Source: Octopus sinensis (lineage: Eukaryota). From it: a stretch of 64,000 bases of DNA. Shown here piece after piece: positions 13,106-27,464 of this stretch; position 1 is the stretch's first letter, and every line of letters begins with the position of its first letter. The stretch lies in assembly GCF_006345805.1 (NCBI RefSeq), contig NC_043013.1:30442001-30506000 (forward strand). Direction: 5' to 3'. The notes below the pieces were generated by a model, which had not been told where the DNA came from, did not search any database, and saw only the letters and a list, made by a program, of their open reading frames with translations. The position numbers and the translations under genes are program-made.

Positions 13106-14132
13106 TGAAGAGACCACCACAAAATTCAAGATTAATGCAAATTTAATAAGATATAAATTTGAAATGTTGAATGTCTCATCTTTGACGATAGTTAAACAAT
13201 CTATTAATTTTTTTTAACAGAACACACACGACTTTTTTCCATTATCATTTAGCTTCGAAGTGTTCATGCAAGCAAGAATTAAAAAAAACAATGCCAAACA
13301 TGACTTTAAAGAAATAAAAATTTTAAATGTTACACATAAGGACAATTTCGAATTATTCATTCTAAGAATAATATTTTTTATATATGTGTTAAAAACAATA
13401 CAGTTGTAATACTTAAAACGACGCATTTATTAAGCGTTCCAATTCTGGTTCTCTCAAACAGAACATCATCCTATCCATTCAAAACAGACCATCAAGCTTT
13501 CAAAAACATCAGGATTTTCTTTTAAATAAAATCAATGCAACTTTTGTTTCAATAACGTGTCGCTAAAGACCACTTATCCACTCACCCTCAAGTAAACAAT
13601 AAATGTGACGTAGCCTAGCACTACGAATCCTTTCCTCCCCTAACTTTCTTTCAGTTTAAATTCTTGCGAGATTCAATGTATATGCGCATTAAATATTACT
13701 TTTGCATAACCCCGTTCATCTCTTTGGGTATTTCAAACTTAATTTATTTAAATCTGCTCTTGTAAATATAAAGAAATATTCATCCAAGCAAAGTGTTAGC
13801 CCCATAGACGTCTCGTCAGATTATAAAGCCGAATACAAAGGTAACTCTTCATCTCTGGCAAGCAGGAATCCGCAACGGTCATTTGGTCAGTGGGTAGCTC
13901 AAGAATAAATACGCTGAGGTCAGTGAGACGGGTTATCTCCCCTGGATCTGTTCCTGTGGGCGAAAAGAGAGGGGAACATTGATTTTTCCCTTGGGCTGAT
14001 TTTACATCTTAAGGGCTCTTCTGGGTCTAATCGGTGAACGAGAAATCACAGGCTTGCTGCAGGTAGCGTTTGTCTTCGGCTTTAGAATCTGATGAGACTT
14101 CCATGGAGCTAAGCCCTTTGTTGATTAGAAAA

Positions 14133-14299
<167 letters not shown>

Positions 14300-14305
14300 C
14301 GTTAA

Positions 14306-14477
14306 CCACTACACACATTTTTTTCACTCCTTGGTTTTTCTGTGTTCCTTTCTGTAGAAGAGCGTAGGCTCGAAACATAGAAGACTTTTTCTACTCCTGA
14401 GCGTTATACTAATACATCTGTTTATTTTGTGCACCAACTGTCTTCGTCTTTTGTTTTTTTCGTAAACTTTCGCTGTG

Positions 14478-14478
<1 letters not shown>
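14306..14478 (+). mobile_element. Short interspersed repeat carrying a hammerhead (Penelope pLTR-like family H2)
   Basis: Second copy at 22416-22572. Confidence 0.75.
14348..14383 (+). ncRNA. Minimal type-I hammerhead-like motif, A6U variant
   Basis: CUUU-CUGUAGA-A-GAGC gUAG GCUC-GAAA-CA-UA-GAAG. Confidence 0.6.
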
Positions 14479-14520
<42 letters not shown>

Positions 14521-15191
14521 GGTATGTAGAAAAATACAACATGGACAAGAACGTATAACTCATAGAAGACGATACAATAAACATGGACAGGACATTCGAA
14601 CCCCTCAGTCTTCAGTCAAGAACCGGATCATCGTAGTAATTTCGGCTGATTAATCTGAGATTACTAGATCACGGCAGCCCTCCAAGAAAAACTAAGCTGG
14701 AAGCGTAGATTTCCTGGAAGAAGGATCGAATGCATACGAACACCAGGACAGCAAAAGGGACCGATATAAAAAAACAAAAAACAATAATAGAATACAGAAA
14801 CTGAAATACAGAAGCATTAACGGTGAAAACACAAGTGTCTTACGACTGATAACAAGCAAACAAATTTTTTTCTCTGGCGCATTGGAAAAAGCCTTTATAG
14901 CGGCGGACGAAGAACAACGATGTTAACACGACGAGGGTCAGGAGCTGAAAGGCAGATTACGGCAACAGTCACGTGACAGAGAAGAGGGAAAAAAAAGAAA
15001 GAGAGAGAGAGAAAAGGGGGACAAAACGCAACAAAGAGAGAGAAGAGAGAGAAAGAAGGAATCACGAGAGAGAAGGGATGGGTGTCGAAGAATGACCTGT
15101 GAGTGCAGAGCGAGACAAAGAAATAGGAGGGTAGTGGAAGACTAGACCAAAGGATCAGGAAAGAGAAGATGAATAGAGAGAAAGTAAAAAT

Positions 15192-15226
<35 letters not shown>

Positions 15227-15235
15227 ATAATAAAT

Positions 15236-15520
15236 ATTAGGGAATAAATCCAAATTTACAGGGAAAAATCAGATTTAGGATTGAATCAAATTTTATAGTA
15301 AAATATATAATATTAATTAGAAACAAAACCACTATTATGCAAATCAAAGAAAGACTTAATCCAATACATAAAAAATTTTTTATAATAAATATAATTAAAT
15401 ATAATTAAAATTATATATATTTAATTATATTTAATTTATAAAAAATTTTTATGTATTGGATTAAGTCTTTCTTTGTTTGATTTGGATAATAGTAGTTTTG
15501 TCTCTAATTAATATATGTAT
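15236..15520. repeat. AT-rich foldback repeat; arms about 15305-15410 and 15420-15520
   Basis: AAAGAAAGACTTAATCCAATACATAAAAA vs TTTTTATGTATTGGATTAAGTCTTTCTTT. Confidence 0.88.
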
Positions 15521-15548
15521 ATATATATATATATATATTATATATATT

Positions 15549-15584
<36 letters not shown>

Positions 15585-16239
15585 CATACACAGAGGGAGG
15601 GAGGGAGATATATATATATGTGCGTGTGTGTTAAAGTTAGGTTTAGTTCTATGCGAATATTTCTTAGTAAGAATGATTTGAATGCTCTTATATCAAAGAC
15701 ATTACTGTAAACGAGGTCTGCAAAGTCAAAGGAATTTGGCGCTATTTTTCTGACTCTAATGAACGACACAACATTCTGTTCGACGGTTTCTTAAATATTC
15801 TTGTTTTCACTTTCGTTTATACTTCACTGAAATTATAATACGTTTATGCAAGTAACTTATCTTCCTCTAGACGGCTTTTATATTTTCATATTGAATATTT
15901 TAAGTAGAATATCTTATTTGATGAAGTGTTTGTTATTTAAACGGAGCTGCTTCATTGACACGTAAGAAATAACCCGAAACAGTTAAGTTCAACAATTTCG
16001 AGGCATATTTAGCTAACTCTTGGGGTAACTAATTACCAATATTACATTCTCTTCATTGAAGAGAGTCAATCGATCTAATAGTTGTTTAAATTTGGTAATT
16101 TGTGTTTCCCTTGAAATCATTACATCACAATTTACAACATCTAAACAATAGATAGATAGAGAGTGTTATAATTTTGCATAATGCACATTCAGACACACAT
16201 ACACGTACACGTACACACACAAACATAAACACATATGTA

Positions 16240-16500
16240 CATGGTATCCTCAGAAGATGCATACACATATTAACTTATTTGAAGTCAGTGATTTATTAGA
16301 ATATAGTTCATTTTCCGAAGTAAATTGAATCTAAAGATTGAATTCAGGGTTAAACTGAACAGCTGTTTAGATACTGATAAGTGCTCTGATCGAGGCATTG
16401 ATGGAAACTTGATAGAACGGAATTACAAACATCAGAAAACATTACACTCAGTATTTAAGCTCTTACTTGTTTAATTGCCATTCTCAATTCAATGACTCTA
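16240..16500 (-). mobile_element. Possible Tc1/mariner C-terminal fragment
   Basis: LRMAI...MFSDVCNSV...QCLDQ resembles the transposase C-terminus. Confidence 0.35.
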
Positions 16501-17039
16501 TGCGGTTATATAGCATAATATTTATATATTGTCTAGTGTGTGACGCCCTACGAAACTCTTTCTCAAACTACTTATTAGGAAAAATCAGATCATGCCAGAT
16601 CCTTAAGTACGTATGTTATAATGAGATTGCCTAACTATGCGAGAGACAAAGCTACACACTTTCTGGTTCCTCTTCACTGATTTAAATGTCACTTTTCGCA
16701 TCAAGTTGAAGCAAATCAGTCATAATGCCATAAAAACAGGTTCAATCAATAATTTAGATAGTAAGCTTTAACTCCTAATATATTAATATTATACTCCACC
16801 ATACTATAGATTAACTAGTATTAGTTAGGTATAGATGGAGTGGATAGCGGAAACATCATATTTAGATGTAGTCTGATCCCTCCACATAATCTCAGCTGAA
16901 ACAGACGCACATTCAACATATATAATCAAAATACCACTCGTAAAATTCCACTTTTCCATTCGTAACTTATTCTTTTAGTGCAAGGATATTTCGTAATATG
17001 CAAGGATTCTAGTGACAGACATTTAAAATGCAATTTACG

Positions 17040-17145
17040 CTTAATTTTGAAACTCATATCCGACGACCAGCTTGCTGTCGCAAATACTTTCTTGATATCG
17101 AGTGACGCAATTGTACAGCAACTGGTTCCTTTGTGTGACTGATCT
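17040..17145 (-). mobile_element. Tiny non-LTR RT fragment
   Basis: SLDIKKVFATASW resembles RT motif LDIxKAFDxxxW. Confidence 0.4.
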
Positions 17146-17339
17146 ATAAATGCAGTCTTGCATTATACACCTCACACACACACACTCACACACGCATACA
17201 CACATACGTATACGCACACACCAGCACACACACACACATTCATGATCTGTGAGTCTGCCTCTCTCACTCTCATATACACTCGTATATGTATATATTTTCT
17301 CTTTTTCCTTTCTTCTGTTTTGCCGTGCAAATGTGCTGA

Positions 17340-17470
17340 AGCACCGACTTGAAGTATGTGGTTGACAAATCGACCCAGCCACCTATTTTTAAGCGCTACC
17401 TATTAAATCGGTTTCATTTTGTCGAACGTCAAGTTTGAAGTAGTGTTGGGAGAAACAGAAAAACACACAT
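17340..17470 (-). mobile_element. Decayed SINE family B 3' part
   Basis: GCACCG..CAAATCGACCC..ATCGGT.TC.TTTTG.CGAAC matches the reverse complement of the family B tail. Confidence 0.6.
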
Positions 17471-17485
17471 GTGCAATTATGTACA

Positions 17486-17521
<36 letters not shown>

Positions 17522-17595
17522 TGTGTGTGTGTGTGTGTGTGTATGTGTGTGTGTGTGCATGTATGTATCATAAATATACATACATATATATAATA

Positions 17596-17637
<42 letters not shown>

Positions 17638-17681
17638 ATTATTAATCTTTTAGATAATATGTGACAATTATTCGGTAGCCA

Positions 17682-17744
17682 AGAGAAAACTCTGAGTTTT
17701 GGATGCCGAGGTGGAAATCCACACCACCATCGCTCCGGTTATCT
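17682..17744 (-). ncRNA. Degenerate hammerhead-like motif (family H4) within repeat 17645-17752
   Basis: Reverse-complement homolog of 38518-38580. Confidence 0.45.
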
Positions 17745-17772
17745 GGCCATCCATATATATATATATATATAA

Positions 17773-17814
<42 letters not shown>

Positions 17815-19015
17815 TAGGCAGACAGTTAGGAAGGCACAGATAGATAGTATGTGCATGTGTGATTGTTTTTTCATATGTGTGTGTGTGTGTGTGTGTACGT
17901 GCGTGCGTATGTGTGTGTGATGCTTTATTCCAAAATACAATCATTATTGTTTCCTTTTGATACGATGAATTATATAACGGATTGCGCAACATTGCGAGCA
18001 AGTTCTTTTCATTTAGCAGACAATGAGTTTGTGCACATATGGCTGCAAGTATACATTTAAATATATATGGGAATTGTAAGCAATACAATCTATTCTGCTA
18101 GATATTAAACTAAATATCTTACAAAATCAAAATAACTATGAAAAGAGAACTTTTAAACTTTATCTCACCCACATTCCCCTGAGAAGCAACGGATACTGAA
18201 CATTATGACCAATATCAGTAGATTTTATTAGATATTCTGTCTAATGTCTAGTAACATGGATTGTTTTGTTTTCCAGTATTTTTATGAGTATACTTTCGCT
18301 CACACGAACAGCCATTGATACAGACACACATGCACACTCACATAAAATCACTCACAGAGAGAGAGAGGAGAGAGAGGAGAGAGAGAGAGAGAGAGAGAGT
18401 GAGAGAGAGATGTATGCATGTAAATATGTATGTATGTAGGTACTTATATATGCAGCATATATAAGAACACACCTAGGTATACACGTATTTATATGGTTTT
18501 GTTTTTGTTTGTAGTAACATATAATGAAATCAATTTTACATTATACCGAAGGATTGTTCAACAGCTTTTCTAGAATACAAATTCTTTAACATGAATACTA
18601 CTGACAGTAACTTCGAAGTTTCTTTTTAAGTGACAAAAACGTCGAATACAGGCACGCCTACACACATATATATCATATATATCATATATATCATATATAT
18701 CACATATCATATGTATATATATATATATATATAATTTCAGCAAAACAATTTGGATTCAAATGAATATGGTACTTAACTTAGATGCACCAGAATTTGTTTA
18801 TGGTATTACACATAAAATTATGTGGGATGATTATAACCCCAAAATAAGCAACAAGAATGGATCGGTAGTTTAGTACAATTGTTTCATACTATAACAATTT
18901 ATTAATGCTGCAAATATTACAGCAAATATAATGTTAAGTAATATTCAGCTAATTTCATATAGGTTTTCTAACAATACAAAGTTCTTAAATTAAATTAAAG
19001 TTCTTATAAATATAT

Positions 19016-19107
<92 letters not shown>

Positions 19108-19138
19108 AATATATATATATAATATATATATATATATT

Positions 19139-19322
19139 GCGCAGGAGTGGCTGTGTGGTAAGTAGCTTGTTTACCAACCACATGGTTCCGGGTTCAGTCC
19201 CACAGCGTGGCACCTTGGGCAGGTCTCTTCTACTATAGCGTCGGGCCGACCAAAGCCTTGTGAGTGGATTTTGTAGACGGAAACTGAAATAAGCCCGTCG
19301 TATATATGTGTGTATATATATA

Positions 19323-19354
<32 letters not shown>

Positions 19355-19584
19355 GCGTGTGTGTGTTTGTGTGTCTGTGTTTGTCCCCCTAGCATTGCTT
19401 GACAACCGATGCTGGTGTGCTTATGTCCCGGTTACTTAGCGGTTCGGCAAAAAGAGACCGATAGAATAAGTACTGGGCTTATAAAAGAATAAGTCCCGCG
19501 GTCGAGTTGCTCGATTAAAGGCGGTGCTCCAGTATGGCCGCAGTCAAATGACTGAAACAAGTAAAAGAGTAAAAGAGTAAAGAG
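19139..19584 (+). mobile_element. tRNA-derived SINE family B with internal (TA)n(TG)n
   Basis: TGGCTGTGTGG A box, GGTTCAGTCCC B box, CORE-like ACCTTGGGCA, (GTAAAAGA)n tail; copies at 34262 and 40596. Confidence 0.93.
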
Positions 19585-20097
19585 ATATAGATAATGGTAT
19601 AGTATTAAATATCCACCAGGGCTTATCTTACTAATCGGTTTCATGCAAAGAATACAATGGAGCGTTACGTAACAATGCGATTATATAACTTTAATCTAAT
19701 CAGAGGTAACCGTTATGGAAGGTAATATGGTGACTGCTCTCTATTGTCGGAGGTGGATTAGCAAAAAGGGTCAGCGGCTTGTGAAAGCTTGTGAAGCGGA
19801 AAACGGGCCAAGGGATTGGCTTAAGTGTTATGTCCCTTGGATGGGTGAGCTGTTGAGATGGCAAGAGTTATCTAGAAGTGGTGAAGATGTGTATGACTAA
19901 TGTGGTTCTCCTTTGGGGATGGGGTGTGTGATATGAGTAGTGGTGTCATATGCATAATTCTATCTGGGAGAACATGTATATATCTGGGGTATACATACAT
20001 GCATGCATACATACTTACATATATACATATATATATATATGGGTATAAATGTATATATACATATATACATATATATAAATATATATATATAAATATA

Positions 20098-20138
<41 letters not shown>

Positions 20139-20324
20139 ATATATATATAAATATATTATATATATATATATATATATATAAATATATATATGTATATATA
20201 TATATATATATATTAAATATATATATATATATATATAATATATATATATAAATATATTATATATATATATATATATATATAAATATATATATATATAATA
20301 TATTATATATATATATATACGTCG

Positions 20325-21210
20325 AGAGTGCGATAGGTAATTTGAGCCATTTTATATTCTTGTTTATTTTTCATTTTGTCGACTACACACTATAGTAGGG
20401 TCAGTTGGGCACCGTCCTTGAGGAGAAAACATTACTATGATGCAGTTCACTCTTCCAGATATTTGGAAACGACATGCTGTACTGCTTGGCATTCTCACCG
20501 AATGCTCCAATACACACATTTTAGCGTGTCTGGATCTTACTCTGAGGACAGCAAGTATTGAGATTGATAAAATTCAAGCATCCATTCAGCATCACTAGGG
20601 ACGGCAACGTTATGCTTCTATTCATCTTCTCATAAGGCCTCATACTCAATGCAGAGGCCTACATCAAGTGCAGGAGGAGTTAATGCTGATTTGTGTCAAG
20701 AGGGTGGCGGCTGAAGACCCTATCACTGTTTCCAGGACTCTGCAACATACCAAACAAGTAGGAGAACCCCGTCATGGCTGTCAGACAAAGTTTTTGACTG
20801 CATCACCCCTAACATCAGGACACCTAACTCACTAGTCTTCACCCATTTAATTTTTATGCGTGGGCGCAGTTGGGCGAGAGACCAACAAAACTCATTCTAA
20901 CAATAAAGATGAACTGAAGGCAAGGATTATGGCACCATTCAACAGCTTAAATAAGGGGATCGTCCAGGAGGGTTGCAGATTCCGAATCCGTCTGGAGACT
21001 CTGGTTGAACCCGATGACGATTTTATAGAACAAATTTATTCTTTAGTATTTTGCGGTATTTTTATGCAATTTTGGTAAACATATCCCACCGCTGCCACAA
21101 TATAATTTCAGCGGTGGTGCTTAAGGATTTAAGGATTTATATCATTTAAAATGAGATGTCAGTGTTCTCTTCATATTTTAGTTATTTAGACTTCAGTTTA
21201 TTAACCGCAG
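20325..21210 (+). mobile_element. Tc1/mariner (maT/DD37D-like) transposon, internally deleted
   Basis: FQDSATYQTSRRTPSWLSD..ITPNIRTPNS..; GAVGRETNKT..DELKARIMA...FRIRLETLVEPDDDFIE. Confidence 0.85.
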
Positions 21211-21231
21211 TACATTTTATATATATATATA

Positions 21232-21339
21232 TATCACGTGACCGACCAGACCATCAGATGATGACACACATCGCTAGTCACAATGCGTTTGCATTGTTTC
21301 AGCCTTCGAATGACGCCACACTGCTGGCTAAGCGAGCAG

Positions 21340-21343
<4 letters not shown>
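21232..21343 (-). mobile_element. SINE family C, 3' fragment
   Basis: Matches 51750-51855 (CACGTGACCGACCAGACCATCAGATG). Confidence 0.88.
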
Positions 21344-21376
<33 letters not shown>

Positions 21377-21544
21377 ATCCTATAGTTCTATTAAATAAAC
21401 AGAAATTTTACCGATATTCTTTGTGCATGCCTTGTTAATTTTAGGGATGGTCATTTTTCTTTCTATTTTTTTCTTGCCAAATAAGCCCACGCATTCGTTC
21501 TTCACTCATTCATTATTGTTCTAATTTTATCTTATCTCCATTGT

Positions 21545-21585
21545 ATGGAAATACTTCGTCACACATCTGTGACCTCTTCAGCGAC
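21545..21585 (-). ncRNA. Degenerate hammerhead-like motif (family H6)
   Basis: GUCG-CUGAAGA-G-GUCACA gaug UGUGAC-GAAG; 3' half decayed. Confidence 0.4.
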
Positions 21586-22170
21586 TCTCCCATCTCACAT
21601 GTATCCTCCAGTTCAATTTAGACTATGCATACAGTTTGTAGGTATGTATGTGTACACATAATATCTTTCCAGTCATCGAAATTGGATTGTTCGAGAAGGT
21701 TGCAAGAATCGTACTGTTTCAATAATCATTTCACCGTGAGATTCGATCGCTGAATCTAAACTAACAAACATGCACATGAAGCTACTTCTTGAAAAGTTTA
21801 CCGCCGTTGATGCGGTATATATATTTAGTCAATTGAAATTACATAAATATAATATATCAATTGTCAGAAAGCCATCTCACTTGATACGCTGTTACATAAT
21901 AGATGTTGCTTATTGCAGCAAATGCAGAAGTTGGCAAATTCGCTGAAAGTTAATTGAAAATATTTAGTGATACATCTCCATATACAAATGACTATATGGA
22001 AACATACATTCAAGAATATACACAACAGATGCGTGTATTAAAATATGCGAGCCACTATGTGTGTATATTTATATAGGAATATATATGTATGCATATATCC
22101 AGAAGCATTATTTACAGACACACACATGCACACACACGCGCTCGCGCACGCACACACACATGCATACATA

Positions 22171-22243
<73 letters not shown>

Positions 22244-22415
22244 GTCGAGTACATAGGAGTGATTATCATGACTCATGCCAATCTAACATGAAGTTCTATA
22301 AAACATGTTGATCGATGACAAAGTATTTTCTCTCAGTATATATATATATATATATATATATATCATATTCCTCTATGACCCTTCTGTCCGGCAGTCGCCA
22401 TGACAGATCGGTGGC

Positions 22416-22568
22416 TACTACACATATTTTTTTATGTCCTTGTTTTTTTTTCTGCGTCCCTTTCTGTAGAAAAGCGTAGGCTTGAAACGTAAAAGACTTT
22501 TTCAATACCTGAGTTATACTAATTTCTACACCACCTATCTTCGTCTTGTTTTTTTCGTGAATTCTCCC

Positions 22569-22572
<4 letters not shown>
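22416..22572 (+). mobile_element. Family H2 repeat, second copy
   Basis: Homologous to 14306-14478. Confidence 0.75.
22460..22495 (+). ncRNA. Minimal type-I hammerhead-like motif, A6U variant
   Basis: CUUU-CUGUAGA-A-AAGC gUAG GCUU-GAAA-CG-UA-AAAG; palindromic ACGU. Confidence 0.65.
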
Positions 22573-22612
<40 letters not shown>

Positions 22613-23774
22613 TTTGTATGATGTTATAGTAATAACATTTTAACATTCAGCTGAGGTACAACTCAATACTTTTATTACAAACTATGTTTTTATTGAAGAT
22701 TTAGAAGACGAGTTCAGAAGCGTTTTCAAAGTTTCGGCCAGGTAATCTTTGCGGGCTGTAGTGGTGCATTTGCGTTTTGGGCCTCTATAGGCTCTTGTAT
22801 AATGTATTTCCTCTGTGATTGGTGCTACATTAAACAACAATTAGCCATGTATATGCACTTCGAAGGGAGATGTATGAGGAGGTGGACTGGTAAGAAGATA
22901 ATTATTTGTTAATAGTGCGTTGAGAGAAAGGTGCTATTGGTAGATATATTTTTAAAAGTGGGAGTTATGTTATGATTCTGAGGTAAGTGATGTTTGTACA
23001 TAGTTGTGTGATTTTCAGATGCATCGGCTATTAAGAGTGTTTAGAAATATGGTTTTTGTCATGTTTCAGGGTTCGTAAAAATATGTTTGTAGTGTAAATA
23101 AACTAGTCGGCCGGCAAGCAACGATTTGAATTTAGAGATTTGTTGATGTTATTTGACATACGTTTTGAAAGTTTAACCTGTACGTGTTACGGAAGTTAAG
23201 AAGTGAAAGACTATGCTGCTCTAATTATTCATTGCGGAATGGTAAGCAGTCAGTTTCCAGCCTCGTGACATATATTTATTAACATATTTCTATAATGATA
23301 TTTCAGACACTAGCATATTTGTAAATTATACTAACGTCTAAGAAGGAGCGAAAAATCCAACTTTCGAAATTGGTAACCATCGATCGATATTTCGTTGCGA
23401 ATTAGGTTTAGATGAAAGCTGTGTAAAGAACATTGCGGTTAAATATTATTTTCAGGCTCCGCAACGCAATTGAAAACTTTAAATATCACTAATTTTTGTC
23501 GAATTTTGTTTTTCATTGATTATAATTCGTAAAAAATACATATTTCTACACAGTAGATTGCAAAATAGTAAATATTCTATCCTTGGAAGCTTGCATAATA
23601 AGTCTAAATATTTTGAGGTTCCGCATTGGAGAGCGAGAGTGTGAATTTCTCTCCAGTGCTGGACAAACATGTGTGTACGTTTTCTGCTTTGTACCTTGAC
23701 TTTAGGCCAATGTATTAAACTTAATGACCGTGTTAAATTTCACGTCGTTTACATTTAGTGATAAGCCAATAACG

Positions 23775-24950
23775 CGTCATGATATTGCATGCCCAATATT
23801 TGGTTCTCCATGTGAACTTTGCCAACTTACAAGGACATACTAAAATGTGCTTTATTTGAACGAGAAATATAAAGACTTAGTTTTTAAAAATCCTTCCATT
23901 AAACAAATTGCCAAAATTGTAGCAGAAAAGATAATTCTTCTTCGACAAAAGGCATTCATCCCTTGTGTTACGACTGAGTCAGTTAAACCGAGAATCCTAA
24001 ACTTTTATCTAAATTACCAAGCATTACTAAAACCTGTGGAAAATAGAAAAAAATGTATCATCGTTTCAAACATAGTGTGATGTGTTTCAAAACAATGCAG
24101 TAAAAATATTTATTTGACATTTCCTGTTGCAAGTGCAACTCTTTTAAAATCTTCTCTTAAAGTAGAGACGAAGAATACCACAGAGAGAACAAGAGTTTTT
24201 ACAAGATAAATTGAAAAAAATTGAAAAATGATCAGTGGCGGAATAGATCAAGCAATATATAAACAGAACGTTCAGAGGTTGAATAGAAAGAATTGGGCAG
24301 ATTACAGTCACCCCTGTACGTCAAGAAACGATTCTGAATTGATAGCGTGTTCATCAAGAAATAAATCTGGAAATAGATAAGTAGATGAAGAATTTCAAAA
24401 TCCATTTTCTGTGAAACGAAAACACATCAGCAAAAACGTAAGTTCAAAAGCACCAATAAAACGAATGTAAAAACCAGGAACTAGTTTCTGTCTGTGACCG
24501 CAAAGGTATGTCAGATCGTGCTGCTGCTCTTGGAAGTTCGGCCATCAGTGACTTAATAGCAAGAATATCTGGTGAATGTTCTTTCGTTATAGACAGATCG
24601 AAAGATCCGGAAAACGTAAATCCCTGCAGCAAGAAGGTAGGTCTCATAAACCATTGTTTGTCGTGTATTTTGATGGGAGGAAGGACACAACCCTCATAAG
24701 TGAACAAATGTGAAAAACATTTCGTAAGAAAGTTCAAGGAGAACACATTTCAGTGATAGAAGAACCTGAGTCCTGCTATCTGGGACACTTTGCTGTTAAA
24801 ACGGGTTTGGCGAAAGCCTTTTCTGATGGCTTGTGGAATTATGTGGAAACCAATGAGATAGTAACCAATCACATAATAGCTGTAGGTTGTGATGGTACTG
24901 TAGTCAATACAGAACCGAAAGGAGGCACCGTTAGACTTTTGGAGGATAAA
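23775..24950 (+). mobile_element. hAT-superfamily (hATm-like) transposase pseudogene
   Basis: CPIFGSP, PTYKDILKC, LFDISCCKC, VCDRKGMSDRAAA, VIDRSK, YFDGRKDTT, IEEPESCYLGH, AVGCDGTVVNT..GG.VRLLE. Confidence 0.75.
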
Positions 24951-27079
24951 TTGACCTTAGAAATTATAGACAGACGAAATTCCCTGAAGCATCATATCGG
25001 AAATGCTAACGGCTCTGTCAGCTAATTGCCTTTGCACATGTAGTAATTAAAAACAAATAAAACGTGAATCCTAACGCAAGATTTCAAAACCAATCTCATG
25101 TTTTAGGAAGTCCACTTCCATTATTACACAAGGCAAATAAACAGATGGCATAATAGAAAGGACTAACCTAGTCGTGAGATAGACATAAGGAGACTTTGTC
25201 TGATTTGCTCGCATGTAAAAGCGACGAACTGGTGATGTTAGTTTAACCCAAGATATGATGGCAGGGTAGGTAAATATTTGTGCATAAACCTGTCTCTGTA
25301 CGCTACGTGGGTGCATCCTCATCCGTGTATGTGTGTGCATCGTGCGCGTGCGTGTGCATGTGGTTGTGTGCATCAATAAATACATGTGCGTAGACGTGTG
25401 CGATGGTACGACGTTCTGGTGCCCGCATATTAAAAATGCAAAAGTATCATAACATCCAGAGACTGTAGATAAATACATCGTATTTCATGACTAAACAATT
25501 TTATACGTCGCAAAATAGCGATGTGCATCGTTCTTGAAGTTTATGTTCTTGATCAATAAAATTAATATGTCGGAAATGTGAAATCAACAAAATCTATTTT
25601 CTTTAGAATTACAATTTTTTTTATTTGTTTTCAATGCAATATGCCGAGGGTACAATTACAGCCTCATATTTTCAGTAATGTCACTGATACCAAGTGTATT
25701 TATGTTACATAAGATGTTAAACATTTCAATAGTTTTCGACTGCAGTACGCTAATATGGTCATGGTTGACGTAGGCTTGGCATCTGACAACACATTAAGTA
25801 TACAATATTCATAAGGAATAACATGACGTTATTAAAACAATTTTATATAAGTTTACATTTAAAGGCTGAGAATGTATCGTTAGACACTACTTAAATGTAA
25901 GTGATTCTTTACGCCTGTACAAACATCGTGTTACTTTATATAGGCCTAACATTTTATAAGCTTAAACATGTACTACAAGCATTACCAGACATTTTCCTTT
26001 TGAATTTTCACTACATTATTGAAATATCAGTATTCACTAAAAATGCAATGATTCTATACGTGTTTCTGATTCCTCTTTGAAAATAGTATTATCTAAGTTG
26101 TTGAAAAATATTTTAAATTGGGTGACAGGTAAAATTCGGCGTTTTGATAACAATAACTGAAAATATATTCCTGCGAAATGACGAGATCCCTTTGTTATAT
26201 GAATACACAGTTTCATAAAGCCGTTGGTTAAACTATATTTCGCTTCCGTTTCCTACATGTGAAATCCTATATTTTATTAATTTCCACTGGTAAATATGTT
26301 ATTGATGTATAGATATCAAAAGAAGTGTAAATGTTTCATTTCTGCAGATTATTCTATAAATAAATGTATCATGTTTGGGTAGGTTATTCATTGCTCTCAT
26401 ATATATGTAGTCCTCGAAATGTCTCTGTTACGTCTGCATTTCAGAAGACTAATCACTATGATTTATTTATTATGCTAAAGTATTGTATAAAGAATGGCCA
26501 TTTTTTATCTCGTATTAGTTTGAACATCACCAAGGTATATCAAAAAGATGAAACATCTCAAAGTCTACATTTATGATAAAAGAGGAAACAAAGCATAATG
26601 TTTCTATCAGAACAAAAAGAATCCCCTTGAATATGAATCGTTGTGTACGCAGTGCATAAAAAACATAAAATATATGATAATGTCAGTCATGATAATAGTT
26701 ACCACAGTAATATTTCATGTTAGATCTGACATTCAACAGAAGCATATTTATAGAGCATGTGAGACAGCGAGTAAAGCTTATAATATATTGATTGAAAAGT
26801 ATTCAAATCTCGTTATATTATGCCAACTTTAGGCTTCAAATGACGGCCCCCAGATCATTCATGCCTATTAATTGCATTTCAAAAACACACAAAATGAAAT
26901 ATATATAACCGTGATTGTGAATATTTAAAAATGTTATACAATAAAGTAAATGTTAGTTCTAAAACTGACGCGGCAATTTTTGAATTGAAAGTACTAATAT
27001 CAGCATCCTCTTTCTGAAAGTTACGCAAAATAAGGCCTTTCAGGTACTACTAAGACTACTAAAATGCTGCTGCAGCGGA

Positions 27080-27108
27080 TGATGATGATAATAATAATGA
27101 TAATAATG

Positions 27109-27160
<52 letters not shown>

Positions 27161-27341
27161 CAATAATAATATAATGATAATAATGATAATAATAATAACA
27201 ATAATAATAATAATAAAGATGATGTTGGTAGTAAAAATAATAAGAACTTCAATAACACTAATAATAAACGATAACATCATCATCATCATTATCACATCAT
27301 CAAGGACAACAACAATAATGATAATACTAATATTGCTGCTG

Positions 27342-27389
<48 letters not shown>

Positions 27390-27435
27390 TACTACTACTA
27401 CTACTACTACTACTACTAGTACTACTACTACTACC
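27080..27435. repeat. Compound (TAA)n/(TCA)n/(TAC)n microsatellite
   Basis: Direct inspection. Confidence 0.93.
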
Positions 27436-27464
27436 GCTATGATAATGTTAGTAGCAGCACAAGA

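Noticed and set aside
14085-14115. CTGATGAGAC hammerhead-like start
   Set aside because: No GAAA or stem I partner downstream
14585-14690. Minus-strand CUGAAGA and GGCUG..CAGCC-GAAA as a hammerhead
   Set aside because: The two halves are in the wrong order and no consistent stems I and III can be drawn; probably a repeat of unknown type
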